From Candidatus Kuenenia stuttgartensis (GTDB lineage: Bacteria > Planctomycetota > Planctomycetia > Pirellulales > UBA1268): a DNA stretch of 64,000 bases. The position numbers and the translations under genes were made by a program. Positions 50,142 through 61,081 of the stretch are shown one piece after another. Under the pieces are notes generated by a model that was not told where the DNA came from, made no database searches, and saw only the letters and a list, made by a program, of their open reading frames with translations. Position 1 is the first letter of the stretch. Every line of letters begins with the position of its first letter. The stretch is taken from assembly GCA_945891385.1 (NCBI GenBank), contig CAMDDJ010000007.1, positions 4,775-68,774 of the forward strand. Direction: 5' to 3'.

Positions 50142-51917
50142 ATGGCGGTTCTGCTCGACATCAAGAAGGCGTTCAAGCGGTACGGCGACCAGGTGCTGCT
50201 CGACGGCGCCAGCGCCACGATCACCGATGACGGCCGGATCGGGTTCATCGGCCGCAACGGCGCTGGCAAGAGCACGCTCCTGCGGGTGATCCTCGGTGAA
50301 GAAGAGCTCGACGGTGGCGAGATCGTGCGCCATCCGCGGCTCAGGCTGGGCTACCTGCGGCAGCACGATCCGTTCGAGCCAGGGGAGTCGGCCCTCGACT
50401 TCCTGATGCGGGACAGCGGCCAGCCCGAATGGAAGTGCGGCGAGGTGGCGGGCGACTTCGAACTCAAGGGCCAGATGCTGACCGGCCCGGTCAAGGAGCT
50501 TTCGGGGGGCTGGCAGACCCGCGTCAAGCTGGCGGCCCTGCTGCTCCACGAACCGAATCTGCTTCTGCTCGACGAGCCGACCAACTTCCTGGATCTCAGG
50601 ACCCAGATCCTGCTCGAGCACTTTCTCCGCGGCTACCGCGAGGCCTGCATTGTGGTCTCGCACGATCGGGCATTTCTCAACGCCACCTGCGACCAGACGC
50701 TCGACCTCTCCCATGGCAGGCTCACGTTGCATCCCGGCCGGGTCGACGAGTTTCTCGTGCACCAGCAGGAGCGGCGGCTCACGGCCGAGCGAACCAACGC
50801 AGCCACGCTCGCCAAAAAACGGGAACTCGAAGACTTCATCGCCCGCAATCGGGCCCGGGCCTCGACCGCCTCGCGGGCTAAGTCGAAGGCCAAGCAACTC
50901 GAGAAGCTCGAATTCGAGGAGATCGCGGTCGATGCCCCCACGGCCGCGATCCGCTGTCCCGAGGTCGAGCCGCGCCGCGGGGCTGCCGTCCGCTGCCGAA
51001 ACCTCGTGATCGGATATCCCGATCATGCCGTCGCGGACGATATCGGCATCGAAATCGTGCATGGCTCGCGGGCCGCGATCGTGGGCGACAATGGTCAGGG
51101 CAAGACGACGTTTCTCCGGACGCTCGTCGGTTCGCTCCCGCCGCTCTCGGGCCACGTGAAATGGGGCTATGGCTGCGAGATCGGCACCTACGCCCAGCAC
51201 GTCTACACCAGCCTCGACGAGAAGCGGACCGTGCTCGAGCAACTGGAGTTCGTCGCGGCTCCAGGCACCAAGCAGCAGCGAATCCTGGATCTTGCCGCCG
51301 CGATGCTGTTTCGCTCATCGGCCCTCTCCAAGTCGATCAAGGTGCTCTCCGGCGGGGAGCGGGCCCGGCTCTGCCTCGCCGGCCTGCTGCTCGGCACGGC
51401 CAACGTGCTCGTGCTCGACGAGCCGGGAAACCACCTCGATGTCGAGACGATCGAGGCCCTGGCCTCGGCGCTCACCGACTACGCCGGCACCGTGATCTTC
51501 ACGAGCCACGACCGCGGCTTCATGCAGGCGGTGGCCACGACCGTGATCGAGGTCAAGGACGGCCACGTGCTCGACCATCTCGGCACCTACGAGAGCTATG
51601 TGGCGAAGGTCTCGGGTGAGATCGACGCCGCCGAGGCCGCGCGGGGCAAGCGGCCTCCGCCCCCGCCCCGGGGCCGGGCCGGTGAGGCGAAGCCTGCCGC
51701 CAACGACGAACGTGCGCTGCGCAAGGAGTTGTCGAACCTCGAGAAAGCGATCGCCCGGCTTGATGCGGAGAAGAAGGAGCGGCACGCGGCCTTGCTGGCG
51801 GCGACCGAGCCTGCCGAGGCGCTCCGACTGCACGACGCGCTCACGGAGGTCACCGGAAAGCTTGCCGCCGCGGAGGAGCGGTGGCTGGAACTCCAGGAGC
51901 GGATCGGCGAGTCGTGA
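50142..51917 (+). CDS. ABC-F family ATPase (two ABC domains, no TM domain)
   Basis: Two Walker A sites (GRNGAGKST, GDNGQGKTT), two LSGG signatures (LSGGWQTR, LSGGERAR), a charged linker and a coiled-coil tail. Confidence 0.9.
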   Translation: MAVLLDIKKAFKRYGDQVLLDGASATITDDGRIGFIGRNGAGKSTLLRVILGEEELDGGEIVRHPRLRLGYLRQHDPFEPGESALDFLMRDSGQPEWKCGEVAGDFELKGQMLTGPVKELSGGWQTRVKLAALLLHEPNLLLLDEPTNFLDLRTQILLEHFLRGYREACIVVSHDRAFLNATCDQTLDLSHGRLTLHPGRVDEFLVHQQERRLTAERTNAATLAKKRELEDFIARNRARASTASRAKSKAKQLEKLEFEEIAVDAPTAAIRCPEVEPRRGAAVRCRNLVIGYPDHAVADDIGIEIVHGSRAAIVGDNGQGKTTFLRTLVGSLPPLSGHVKWGYGCEIGTYAQHVYTSLDEKRTVLEQLEFVAAPGTKQQRILDLAAAMLFRSSALSKSIKVLSGGERARLCLAGLLLGTANVLVLDEPGNHLDVETIEALASALTDYAGTVIFTSHDRGFMQAVATTVIEVKDGHVLDHLGTYESYVAKVSGEIDAAEAARGKRPPPPPRGRAGEAKPAANDERALRKELSNLEKAIARLDAEKKERHAALLAATEPAEALRLHDALTEVTGKLAAAEERWLELQERIGES

Positions 51918-52005
51918 CGGACGCCATCCGTTCCCGGGTTGGTCGCTGGCGGGCTGCGGGCGTAGACTCCGGGCGGGCTCGAGTCAGGCCGCGGGAGGAC
52001 CTTCG

Positions 52006-53430
52006 ATGCAGCGGGAGTCGACACATCGGCGGGCGGTTGCACCGCCTTGTGATGACGAGGTGTCACGGCGGGATTTCGGCCGAACGGCGTTGACGGTCGC
52101 GTCGCTGCTGGCGGTGGGCGGCCGGTCATGGGCCGCTCCGACGACGGCCGAGCCACCGGCCAGAGCCGGCTTGTCGACCGCCGGCCCGCTCGCCGACTAC
52201 GTTCGTCGGGCAGACCCAGCGACCCGCTTCGAGGCGATCACGCACGGGTCGCTGCCCGGTGCGGAGTGGCTCACCGGTCGTCTCGTCAGCCAGTCGTGGC
52301 AGGGTGTGGAATGGACCCACGAGCTCTCGCTGGCGGTGCCCGCGGACCTGGAAGCGACCCGCGGCCCGATGCTTCTGTGGATCGACGGTGGGTCGAGTGG
52401 CAAATTGCCCCAGGAGGGATTTCAGGGGCCGACCGACACGACCAGGATGCTGGCGCTCCTGGCTGCCGCTGCGGGCCTGCCGGCTGCCGTGGTGCGGCAG
52501 GTGCCCTACCAGCCCATGTTCGATGGGCTCGTCGAGGACGGTCTGATCGCCCACTCGTTCGGCGAGTATGTCCGCACGGGTGATTCCACCTGGCCGCTGC
52601 TCTTGCCGATGGTCAAGTCGGCCGTCGAGGCAGCCACTGCGGCTGAGGCGGCCTTTCGCGATCGTTGGGGTCTCGAGATCGATGGTTTCGTCCCGGCCGG
52701 CGCGAGCAAGCGGGGTTGGACGACCTGGCTGACGGCCGCGGTGGACGAGCGGGTGCGGGGCCTTGTGCCGATGGTGATCGACATGCTCTCGCTCGAGCAG
52801 CATCTCGCCCTCCAGCGGGCCAGCTTCGGCCGGCTGTCGGAGCAACTCGGTGACTACACGTCGCGGGGAATCGAGAACCTGCTCGGCACGCCTCGCGGTC
52901 GCGAACTCGTAGGGATCGTCGATCCCTACGCCTACCGCCGGCAGCTCGTGCAGCCCAAGGTGATCGCGCTGGGAACCAACGACGCCTACTGGCCGCTCGA
53001 GGCCTGCAATCTTTACTACGACGGCCTGGAGGGGCCGCGGTGGGTGTCGTATGCCCCGAACGCCGGCCATGGCGTGCCCTTCGAGCGGGTGGCAGGACTC
53101 GTTGCGGCGATGGGACGGCATGCGTCCGAGAGCGAGCCGCTGCCCGACGTTCGTTGGAGCTTTGCTGACGAAGCCAGCGGGGCGATCTGTCAGGTCGAGG
53201 CTCTCGACGCCGAGCCGAGCCGGGTCGTGGCCTGGACCGCGGCCGCGGCCACCCGGGATTTCCGCACCGCCCGCTGGACGGAGGCCCCGGCCGAGGCGAC
53301 GGCGGACGGCTGGAGGCTCGCGATCGGGCGGCCCACGGCTGGCTACGCCGCCGGACTCATCGAACTCCACTTTCCCCGTCAGCCCTTGCCGCTGATGCTG
53401 ACGACTGGCGTGCGGGTGGTGGGCGGCTGA
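52006..53430 (+). CDS. PhoPQ-activated pathogenicity-related (PqaA-type) family protein with a Tat-like signal
   Basis: ATG 52006. SRRDFGRTALTVASLLAVG is a twin-arginine motif. GASKRGWTTWLTAAVD and GTNDAYWPL resemble the family as remembered. Confidence 0.7.
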   Translation: MQRESTHRRAVAPPCDDEVSRRDFGRTALTVASLLAVGGRSWAAPTTAEPPARAGLSTAGPLADYVRRADPATRFEAITHGSLPGAEWLTGRLVSQSWQGVEWTHELSLAVPADLEATRGPMLLWIDGGSSGKLPQEGFQGPTDTTRMLALLAAAAGLPAAVVRQVPYQPMFDGLVEDGLIAHSFGEYVRTGDSTWPLLLPMVKSAVEAATAAEAAFRDRWGLEIDGFVPAGASKRGWTTWLTAAVDERVRGLVPMVIDMLSLEQHLALQRASFGRLSEQLGDYTSRGIENLLGTPRGRELVGIVDPYAYRRQLVQPKVIALGTNDAYWPLEACNLYYDGLEGPRWVSYAPNAGHGVPFERVAGLVAAMGRHASESEPLPDVRWSFADEASGAICQVEALDAEPSRVVAWTAAAATRDFRTARWTEAPAEATADGWRLAIGRPTAGYAAGLIELHFPRQPLPLMLTTGVRVVGG

Positions 53431-53474
53431 GTTGCTCTGGCCATCCGAGTCGAGACCGGGAGCGACCGACGATC

Positions 53475-54515
53475 ATGCCACATGATTTCAGCCACATCTC
53501 CGCGGCCCGGCTGACCGCCCTCGTGGCGGCGGCCCCCAAGGCCGAACTCCACCTGCACATCGAGGGCACGCTGGAGCCCGAGCTCGCCTTCGAAATCGGA
53601 CGTCGCAATGGTGTGGCCCTCCCCTTCCCCGACCCGGCTGCGATGCGGCGGGCCTACGCGTTCACCGACCTCCAGAGCTTCCTCGACATCTACTATGCGG
53701 CGGCCGCTGTGCTCCTGCACGAGCAGGATTTCTTCGATCTGGCCTGGGCCTACCTCGTCAAGGCGGCGGCCGACAACGTCGCGCGGGCTGAGATCTTCTT
53801 CGATCCGCAGACCCACACCGCCCGGGGCGTGCCCTTTGAAACAGTGGTCCGCGGGCTGGCTCGGGCGGTCGAGCGGGCCCGGGCGGAGCTGGGAGTTTCA
53901 GCCGCGCTGATCATGTGTTTCCTCCGCCATCTCTCCGAGCGTGAGGCTTTCGAGACGCTCGAGCGGTCCGAGCCCTACCGCGAGCATTTCATCGGCGTGG
54001 GACTCGATTCGGGCGAGCGGGGCAATCCGCCCGAGAAATTCACCGGCGTGTTCGCCAAATGTCGGGCGCTGGGCCTTCATGCCGTGGCCCATGCTGGTGA
54101 GGAAGGGCCGCCGGCCTCGATCACGGGGGCCCTCGACGCCCTCGGCGCGGAGCGGATCGATCACGGCGTGCGGTGCCTCGAGGACCCGGCCGTCGTGGCA
54201 CGGCTGGTGCGGGACCGGATACCACTTACGGTCTGTCCCTTCTCGAATGTGAAGCTGCGGGTGTTCGACCGGCTTGCCGACCACAACCTGCCGCGGCTGC
54301 TCGCAGCCGGCCTTCGGGCGAGCCTGCACTCCGACGATCCCGCCTATTTCGGCGGCTCTGTGAACGACAACTACCGCGGCTCGCTCGCCGCCCTGCCGCT
54401 CACAGCCGCCGACGCCTACACGCTGCTGCGAAACAGCCTCGAATCGAGCTTTCTCGAGCCGAGCGAGGTGATTCGCCACGTGACCCGGCTCGACGAGGTG
54501 TTCGCCGCCGGCTGA
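53475..54515 (+). CDS. add: adenosine/adenine deaminase
   Basis: Motifs ELHLHIEGT, HAGEEG, RIDHGV and SDDPAYFG. Confidence 0.85.
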   Translation: MPHDFSHISAARLTALVAAAPKAELHLHIEGTLEPELAFEIGRRNGVALPFPDPAAMRRAYAFTDLQSFLDIYYAAAAVLLHEQDFFDLAWAYLVKAAADNVARAEIFFDPQTHTARGVPFETVVRGLARAVERARAELGVSAALIMCFLRHLSEREAFETLERSEPYREHFIGVGLDSGERGNPPEKFTGVFAKCRALGLHAVAHAGEEGPPASITGALDALGAERIDHGVRCLEDPAVVARLVRDRIPLTVCPFSNVKLRVFDRLADHNLPRLLAAGLRASLHSDDPAYFGGSVNDNYRGSLAALPLTAADAYTLLRNSLESSFLEPSEVIRHVTRLDEVFAAG

Positions 54516-54522
54516 CTGCGGT

Positions 54523-56067
<1,545 letters not shown>

Positions 56068-56417
56068 GGGGGTGTCTCGGGATGTCGGCGGCGGACGCGA
56101 TCCGGGGCGGGCGAGAGTGTAGCCGGCGGGGCACGCGGCCGGCGATGGTGGCTCGGTGGCCAGCCCCTTGGCAGGGCCTCGTGTGGGGGGTACTCTCTCG
56201 ATGGTCCAGCAACGCGGGACGATGTGTCTGTCCCGTTGCCGCGTGTCTTTTCGGAACCGCTACTGCCCGCCCCCGACCTGCGAGATCGACCACGATCCGT
56301 CGGCCTTCGTTCGCGCGGCACCTGTTCCTTCGCGGCCCTTGTGGGTCCGCGTCAGCCTGAGTCCGTGAGCGGCCGATTCGTGTCTCTCGCCGGTGGGCGC
56401 TGGCCGGAGGTGCTCAC

Positions 56418-57071
56418 ATGATGTGCCCGCGGTCTTGTTCCCTGCGATGGATCCTCGCGCTCCTGACCTGTGCCGTGGTTGTTCCGGCTGCGGGCGAGGT
56501 AGTCACGCCCGGCATGTCGCTGGCGAGCATCGACTACCTGGGCCAGCCGGCCTTTCGGATCTCGCACCTGCGGCCTGATGGCGGTGGCAGTGGCCTGGTC
56601 GTGGCATTGAGCCCGCCCGCCCCCCAGATTCAGGTCACGCCTCTGACCTGGACTCCTGCCTGGCCCACCGCCTGGTACCAGGCCAGCTACGAACTTCCTT
56701 TCGATGCTGCGGCCGTCGCGACCATGACGCCCTTCTCCAACAACTGGGGCGATCCAGAGTCGTCGATCACGGTCGATGCCGTCACGACGTTTTACATCGC
56801 TTCCTGGGCGGGCAATGACTACGGCTCCGGCCAGCCGATCGTCGGCCCCGATGATTACTACGTCTGGGGCAGTTTCCGGGTCACCAGTGAAGGTGGCGTG
56901 TCGAACCTCGCCCTGATCGACAGCGCGATCACCAAGGTGGGCATCTACGTCGGCACCACCGTCGCCGTACCCGAGCCGTCGGCTCATCTGCTCGGGGCTG
57001 CTGCCGCCGGTGTGCTGGCTGCCTGGCGGGGGGGTCGCCGGTCGGTCAGGCGCAGGCGATGCCAGGGATGA
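56418..57071 (+). CDS. PEP-CTERM sorting domain protein
   Basis: GGAGG lies 7 nt upstream of the ATG. Signal peptide present. The C-terminus is VPEPSAHLLGAAAAGVLAAWRGGRR. The 3' end overlaps the convergent methyltransferase gene by 26 nt. Confidence 0.7.
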   Translation: MMCPRSCSLRWILALLTCAVVVPAAGEVVTPGMSLASIDYLGQPAFRISHLRPDGGGSGLVVALSPPAPQIQVTPLTWTPAWPTAWYQASYELPFDAAAVATMTPFSNNWGDPESSITVDAVTTFYIASWAGNDYGSGQPIVGPDDYYVWGSFRVTSEGGVSNLALIDSAITKVGIYVGTTVAVPEPSAHLLGAAAAGVLAAWRGGRRSVRRRRCQG

Positions 57072-57879
57072 GTTCGTCGAGCGGTTCGGCCGTCTTCCAG
57101 GTGAGGATGCCACGCTGCGTCCAGGTGCGGCGGACGGTGGCGTGAGGCAGGCCAGACCGGTCGGCAAGCCGTCGGTATTCATCCAGGGAGCGGGCCGTCC
57201 GGACCGCGGCCAGGGTGGCGGCGACCCGCCGCCCTGCCCCCGCCGGCGGCCACGTGGCTGCCAACGCGATCGCGAGGCCGATCCGACTCCGGATGAGTTC
57301 CGACACCACGCCACCCAGGCGGGCGGCACCGGCCATGGACCGGAGCACGGCTTCGGCCTCTGACGCGTCGAGGCGTTGCAGCACGAGCGATCCGACCGCG
57401 AGGTCGCACGAGGGACAGCCCTCCGTGCGGATGTCGCGCACGGCGAATTCGACGCATCCGCCCAGCCGATCGCCATAGGTCGCGTTGGCCCGAACGATGG
57501 CCCGACGATCACCATCGATGCCCAGCAGTTCGAGAGAGGCCCGATCCCGGAGGCCGTCGCCCGAGGGTGCTCGCGGCCAGCCGCTGAGCCGACGGGCGAT
57601 CTCCGCCGTGAGTTCCCCCGTGCCACAGCCGACGTGAACGAGTCGCAGCCGCCGGGGTGGGGCGGTGGCGAGAATCTCCTTGATGTCGCCGACGAGGGAG
57701 CCAGAGGCTCCCGCGGCACGATCGAGCCTCACACACGCGTCGCGCACCGCGTCAGCCGCATCCTCGGTGAGGTGCGAACGATTCTGGTCGGCGGGCTGCC
57801 GAACCGGATCGACCTGCCAGAAACGCACGGCGAGCGTCGCCTCAGGGGCCCGGGGGACAGGGCGTGGTCTGCATGCCAC
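57046..57879 (-). CDS. class I SAM-dependent methyltransferase, paralogue of the PKS-linked methyltransferase at 35020-35760
   Basis: Motif I is LVHVGCGTGELT. The C-terminal block VLRSMAGAARLGGVVSELIRSRIGLAIAL...RTARSLDEYRRL...TVRRTW aligns by eye with the 35-kb copy. GTG 57828 is an alternative start that avoids overlap with the upstream gene. Confidence 0.7.
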   Translation of the reverse strand: MACRPRPVPRAPEATLAVRFWQVDPVRQPADQNRSHLTEDAADAVRDACVRLDRAAGASGSLVGDIKEILATAPPRRLRLVHVGCGTGELTAEIARRLSGWPRAPSGDGLRDRASLELLGIDGDRRAIVRANATYGDRLGGCVEFAVRDIRTEGCPSCDLAVGSLVLQRLDASEAEAVLRSMAGAARLGGVVSELIRSRIGLAIALAATWPPAGAGRRVAATLAAVRTARSLDEYRRLADRSGLPHATVRRTWTQRGILTWKTAEPLDELIPGIACA

Positions 57880-58243
57880 TCTCGTAGCCTACAGGAACGG
57901 CCATGTCATGACCGGCCGCGCAGGGCGGGCAGGAGCCATCGGCGAGCGCGGGCACGACACCCCCGGCCATCGGCGACGCAGCCGCGGGGGCATAGGCCGG
58001 CGCCGCGGCGCCCGGAGGGCAGGGAGCCGTGACCATTGGGGCGGTCATCGGGGCGCCCGCCGGCGGAGCGGCGACCATCGGTCCCGGAACCGCACCCGCG
58101 GGATAGGCCACCGGCTGGGCCGCCATCTGCTGCTGGGGATACACCGGGGGCATCAGCGGCGGCGCGTAGGCGTACTGATTGGACTTGTTGTGGGCACAGC
58201 CACAGGCGACCAGCCCGGCAGCGAGCCAGAGATGCTTGAGCAC
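57842..58243 (-). CDS. Pro/Ala/Met-rich lipoprotein with three CPP(G/C) motifs
   Basis: GTG 58243 gives (M)LKHLWLAAGLVACGC with a lipobox; ATG 58312 is the longer alternative. The composition is low-complexity, so coding status is less certain. Confidence 0.5.
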   Translation of the reverse strand: MLKHLWLAAGLVACGCAHNKSNQYAYAPPLMPPVYPQQQMAAQPVAYPAGAVPGPMVAAPPAGAPMTAPMVTAPCPPGAAAPAYAPAAASPMAGGVVPALADGSCPPCAAGHDMAVPVGYESGMQTTPCPPGP

Positions 58244-58371
58244 GGAATACGAGCCCTGGGGGCCGCCACCCTGCGAACGGCGAGGAAGGTAGGCCGCCCA
58301 GGCCTCCGGCACAACCCCGGCTTCAGGCCGCTAGAGCCCAAGCGAGTTTCGTGTCGCCGGCTCGGGGGCGG

Positions 58372-58395
58372 CAAAAGTCGGTCGGAAGACCGACT
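58372..58395 (-). terminator. candidate intrinsic terminator downstream of the FIST gene
   Basis: On the minus strand the sequence reads AGTCGGTC-TTCC-GACCGACT followed by TTTGCC. This is an 8-bp perfect stem with a short T run, 106 nt after the stop at 58501. Confidence 0.45.
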
Positions 58396-58500
58396 CCTCC
58401 GGATCGTCGCGGGCGAGGATACGCCCCTCTGCTCCTCGAGCGTTTGCCGGCCCCCTCGCCTCCCCAGCTCAGCCTGCCAAGTCGTTCCATCCGAGACGCT

Positions 58501-59727
58501 TTAGGCCGGCTCGAAGAGTGCCAGGCTGGCGGTGAAGCCGTGGAGAAACGTGCGGTTGCCGATCGGGCCGATTTCACCCTGGGCGAAGAACCCGGCCACC
58601 GGCAGCGGCCCCAGGCATTCCTGGAGGCAGCGGGCGTCGTGGTGCGGTTGGGCGAAGAGCCGTGAGCCGCGGCCGTTGCAGGTGAAGAGGAGCGCGCCCG
58701 CCGGCCGGGTGGCCGCGGGATTGCCGCACAGCATCTCGCGGAGGTCTTCGTCGGCGCTGCTGGCGTCGCGCACGTGAAACTGGACGGTCTGACCGGTGCG
58801 GACGAGATCGCCCACCGCGATCACGCCGGCGTCGGGATCCGCTCCGAGCACGTTTCGCACCAGAAAGTCGCCGCGGCGGAAGGTGTCGCGATACTCGCTG
58901 GCGGCCCGGCCGACGTGGAGGGAGGTTCTGATCAGTTCCCGGTCCACGGCATCGACGGCCTGAAAGGTCTCCCGCAGCCGTTCGAACGCGGGGCGGCCGC
59001 CGAGTTCGACGATCATGTTCTCCTCGGCGCGGGTGATCACCATCGGCCGGCCGACGGGTCGGCAGCCCTGCGACACCACGGGCCGCACCCGCACGCCGCC
59101 ACCGACCACGACGCCGATCGCGCCCGAGTCGTAGGTTCGGGAACCGACCGCCAGGGTGTTGGAGCCGGGCTCGCTTCCGCCGCTCGCCATCCCGCCGATG
59201 ATCGGCACCCCGGGGTGCTCCTCCTCGACGCGGCGGACGAAGGCATCCACCGGAAACGAAAACGGATCGGCGATGAGCAGGAGCGTGGCGTTGGGGGGCC
59301 ATTCGCGCGAGAGTCGCTCAGGCCAGCCGGCGAACATGCCGCCATCGGGCGTCTGGGAATACTCGAGCGAGAAGGGCTCGAGCCAGCCGCCGGGTAGGCT
59401 GGCCAGCCAGACCGCCACCACGGGCCCGGATTCATACTCCTCGGCCCCAGCCACGACGCCTTCGGCCGTCGCTCCGAGCACATGCCGCGCCGGGATGAGA
59501 TCCCCCAACATCTCGAAGGCGGGCCGGATGGCCGAGCCGTAGGCGGCTGAGACGAAGACAAAGGCGAGGTCGGCAGCGATGGGGGCGTCCGTCGCCTCAC
59601 CCCGGGCAAGGTCAGCCAGGGCGGCGTCGATGGCCGCTCGGAGCGCGACCTCGAGCCGCGGATCGGTGTCGCTGCCGCTGCCACAGCGGATGGCCACAGG
59701 GGCCGCGCTCGCCTGCCCTGCCGTCAC
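58501..59727 (-). CDS. FIST (N+C) domain sensor-like protein without an output domain
   Basis: 408 aa. AFVFVSAAYG, GVPIIGGMASGG and ALLFTCNGRG...GFFAQGEIGP are typical of FIST_N/FIST_C. The GTG start overlaps the mtnC stop (GTGA). Confidence 0.8.
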   Translation of the reverse strand: MTAGQASAAPVAIRCGSGSDTDPRLEVALRAAIDAALADLARGEATDAPIAADLAFVFVSAAYGSAIRPAFEMLGDLIPARHVLGATAEGVVAGAEEYESGPVVAVWLASLPGGWLEPFSLEYSQTPDGGMFAGWPERLSREWPPNATLLLIADPFSFPVDAFVRRVEEEHPGVPIIGGMASGGSEPGSNTLAVGSRTYDSGAIGVVVGGGVRVRPVVSQGCRPVGRPMVITRAEENMIVELGGRPAFERLRETFQAVDAVDRELIRTSLHVGRAASEYRDTFRRGDFLVRNVLGADPDAGVIAVGDLVRTGQTVQFHVRDASSADEDLREMLCGNPAATRPAGALLFTCNGRGSRLFAQPHHDARCLQECLGPLPVAGFFAQGEIGPIGNRTFLHGFTASLALFEPA

Positions 59728-60437
59728 GTCACGATCTCCGCGAAGGATTCGATGGCCTGGTGGTCATAGAGGCCGCCGGTTTCGCGGTTGCCGGGTCTCA
59801 CGGCCAGGGCGGTTGCCATGCCGGCGGCCCGGGCTGCGTCGAGTTCAGCTCCGATGTCGCTCACAAACAGAATCTGCCGCGGTTCGAGCCCCATGTCGGC
59901 GGCGATCGCGGCGTAGCTGTTCGCCTCCCGCTTGGGGCCGGTCGTGGTGTCGTAATGCCCGCGGAGCCAGGGCGTGAGGTCACCGGCAGCGGTATGGGCG
60001 AAAAAGAGTTTCTGGGCCTCGATCGATCCCGACGAGTAGATCCGCACGTCGAGGCCGGAGTCGGCCCACTGGGCCAGGGCCTGGGGCACGTCGTCGAACA
60101 CGTGGGCCACGATCCGGCCCGACTCGAAGCCACGCCGCCAGATCATGCCCTGCAGCGCTTTGAGCGCCGTGTCCTTCACGTCGCGATTCATCAGATCGAT
60201 CGCGGCGAGCGCAGCCCGTGTCGGATCGGCGGCGATCTCGGCGGGTGCCAGCGGGCTGCCGGCGGCGGTGGTCACCGCCGCGGCGAGTGCCAGCACGTCC
60301 GCGTGCTCGGAGTGGGCCGCCAGGAACGCACCGACGTGCTCCTTGGCATCGGCAAACAACACGTCGTATACGAACGCGATGCTCGACGTGGTTCCCTCCA
60401 CGTCGAGCAGGATGGCCCGGCCGTCGAAGAGGATCAC
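59724..60437 (-). CDS. mtnC: acireductone synthase (enolase-phosphatase E1)
   Basis: HAD motif [26 protein letters not shown] and [10 protein letters not shown]. The GTG start overlaps the mtnD stop. Confidence 0.85.
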   Translation of the reverse strand: MILFDGRAILLDVEGTTSSIAFVYDVLFADAKEHVGAFLAAHSEHADVLALAAAVTTAAGSPLAPAEIAADPTRAALAAIDLMNRDVKDTALKALQGMIWRRGFESGRIVAHVFDDVPQALAQWADSGLDVRIYSSGSIEAQKLFFAHTAAGDLTPWLRGHYDTTTGPKREANSYAAIAADMGLEPRQILFVSDIGAELDAARAAGMATALAVRPGNRETGGLYDHQAIESFAEIVT

Positions 60438-61015
60438 GAGTGGTTCCTTCCGGCGACGGGCAGCCAGCCGGGGCCGAAACAGAGCGGCTCATAGCCCGCG
60501 TGCACGCCTTCGGCGATGTAGTGGGGCGTCCAGCCGGCGGTGTCTTGGAAGAGCCGGATCGCACGGATGCGTCGGTCGCCGCAGAGGTCGAACCAATGAC
60601 GGGTGCCGAGCGGCACGCTGATCAGGTCGCCGGCCCAGACCTCGATCCCGAATACCGGATTGTCGCCCGGATTGTCGCCCGGGTTGATGTGAAACACGCC
60701 CCGGCCCTGGAGGATGAACCGCACCTCGTCTTCGGTGTGGGTGTGTTCGCGGTTGAACTTCGCGAGCATCGCCTCGAGATTCGGGGTGTCGGGATAGACA
60801 TCGATGACGTCGGCCGTAACGAAGCCCCCCTCCTGCTTGAGTCGGTCGATTTCGGGGGCGTAGGCAGCGAGTATCGTCTCGGCGGGGGCGGCGGGATCGA
60901 CCCGATCCTCGAGCGGCCAGACGTCGTAGCGGAGACCCGCGGCGTTGAGAAACGCCTTGATCTCGGCAGGGTCGGTGATCCGTCGGTTTTCAGCGGGAAC
61001 GGTCACGATCGCCAC
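60434..61015 (-). CDS. mtnD: acireductone dioxygenase
   Basis: Cupin motifs [19 protein letters not shown] and [13 protein letters not shown]. Confidence 0.9.
   Translation of the reverse strand: MAIVTVPAENRRITDPAEIKAFLNAAGLRYDVWPLEDRVDPAAPAETILAAYAPEIDRLKQEGGFVTADVIDVYPDTPNLEAMLAKFNREHTHTEDEVRFILQGRGVFHINPGDNPGDNPVFGIEVWAGDLISVPLGTRHWFDLCGDRRIRAIRLFQDTAGWTPHYIAEGVHAGYEPLCFGPGWLPVAGRNHS
60655..60690. repeat. 12-bp tandem duplication (ccggattgtcgc x2 plus a degenerate third copy) inside mtnD
   Basis: Encodes [12 protein letters not shown] in the loop between the cupin strands. Read directly from the sequence. Confidence 0.7.
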
Positions 61016-61081
61016 GATGCGCTCCTGAAACGGGGGAAAGGAAAAAATGGGACAGATCGCGATCGGACGCCAGGGCGGATG

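Noticed and set aside
56395-56417. sigma-54-like CTGGCCGGAGGTGCT upstream of the PEP-CTERM gene at 56418
   Set aside because: The GG-to-GC spacing is two nucleotides too short, and the sequence coincides with the Shine-Dalgarno GGAGG. Not a -24/-12 promoter.
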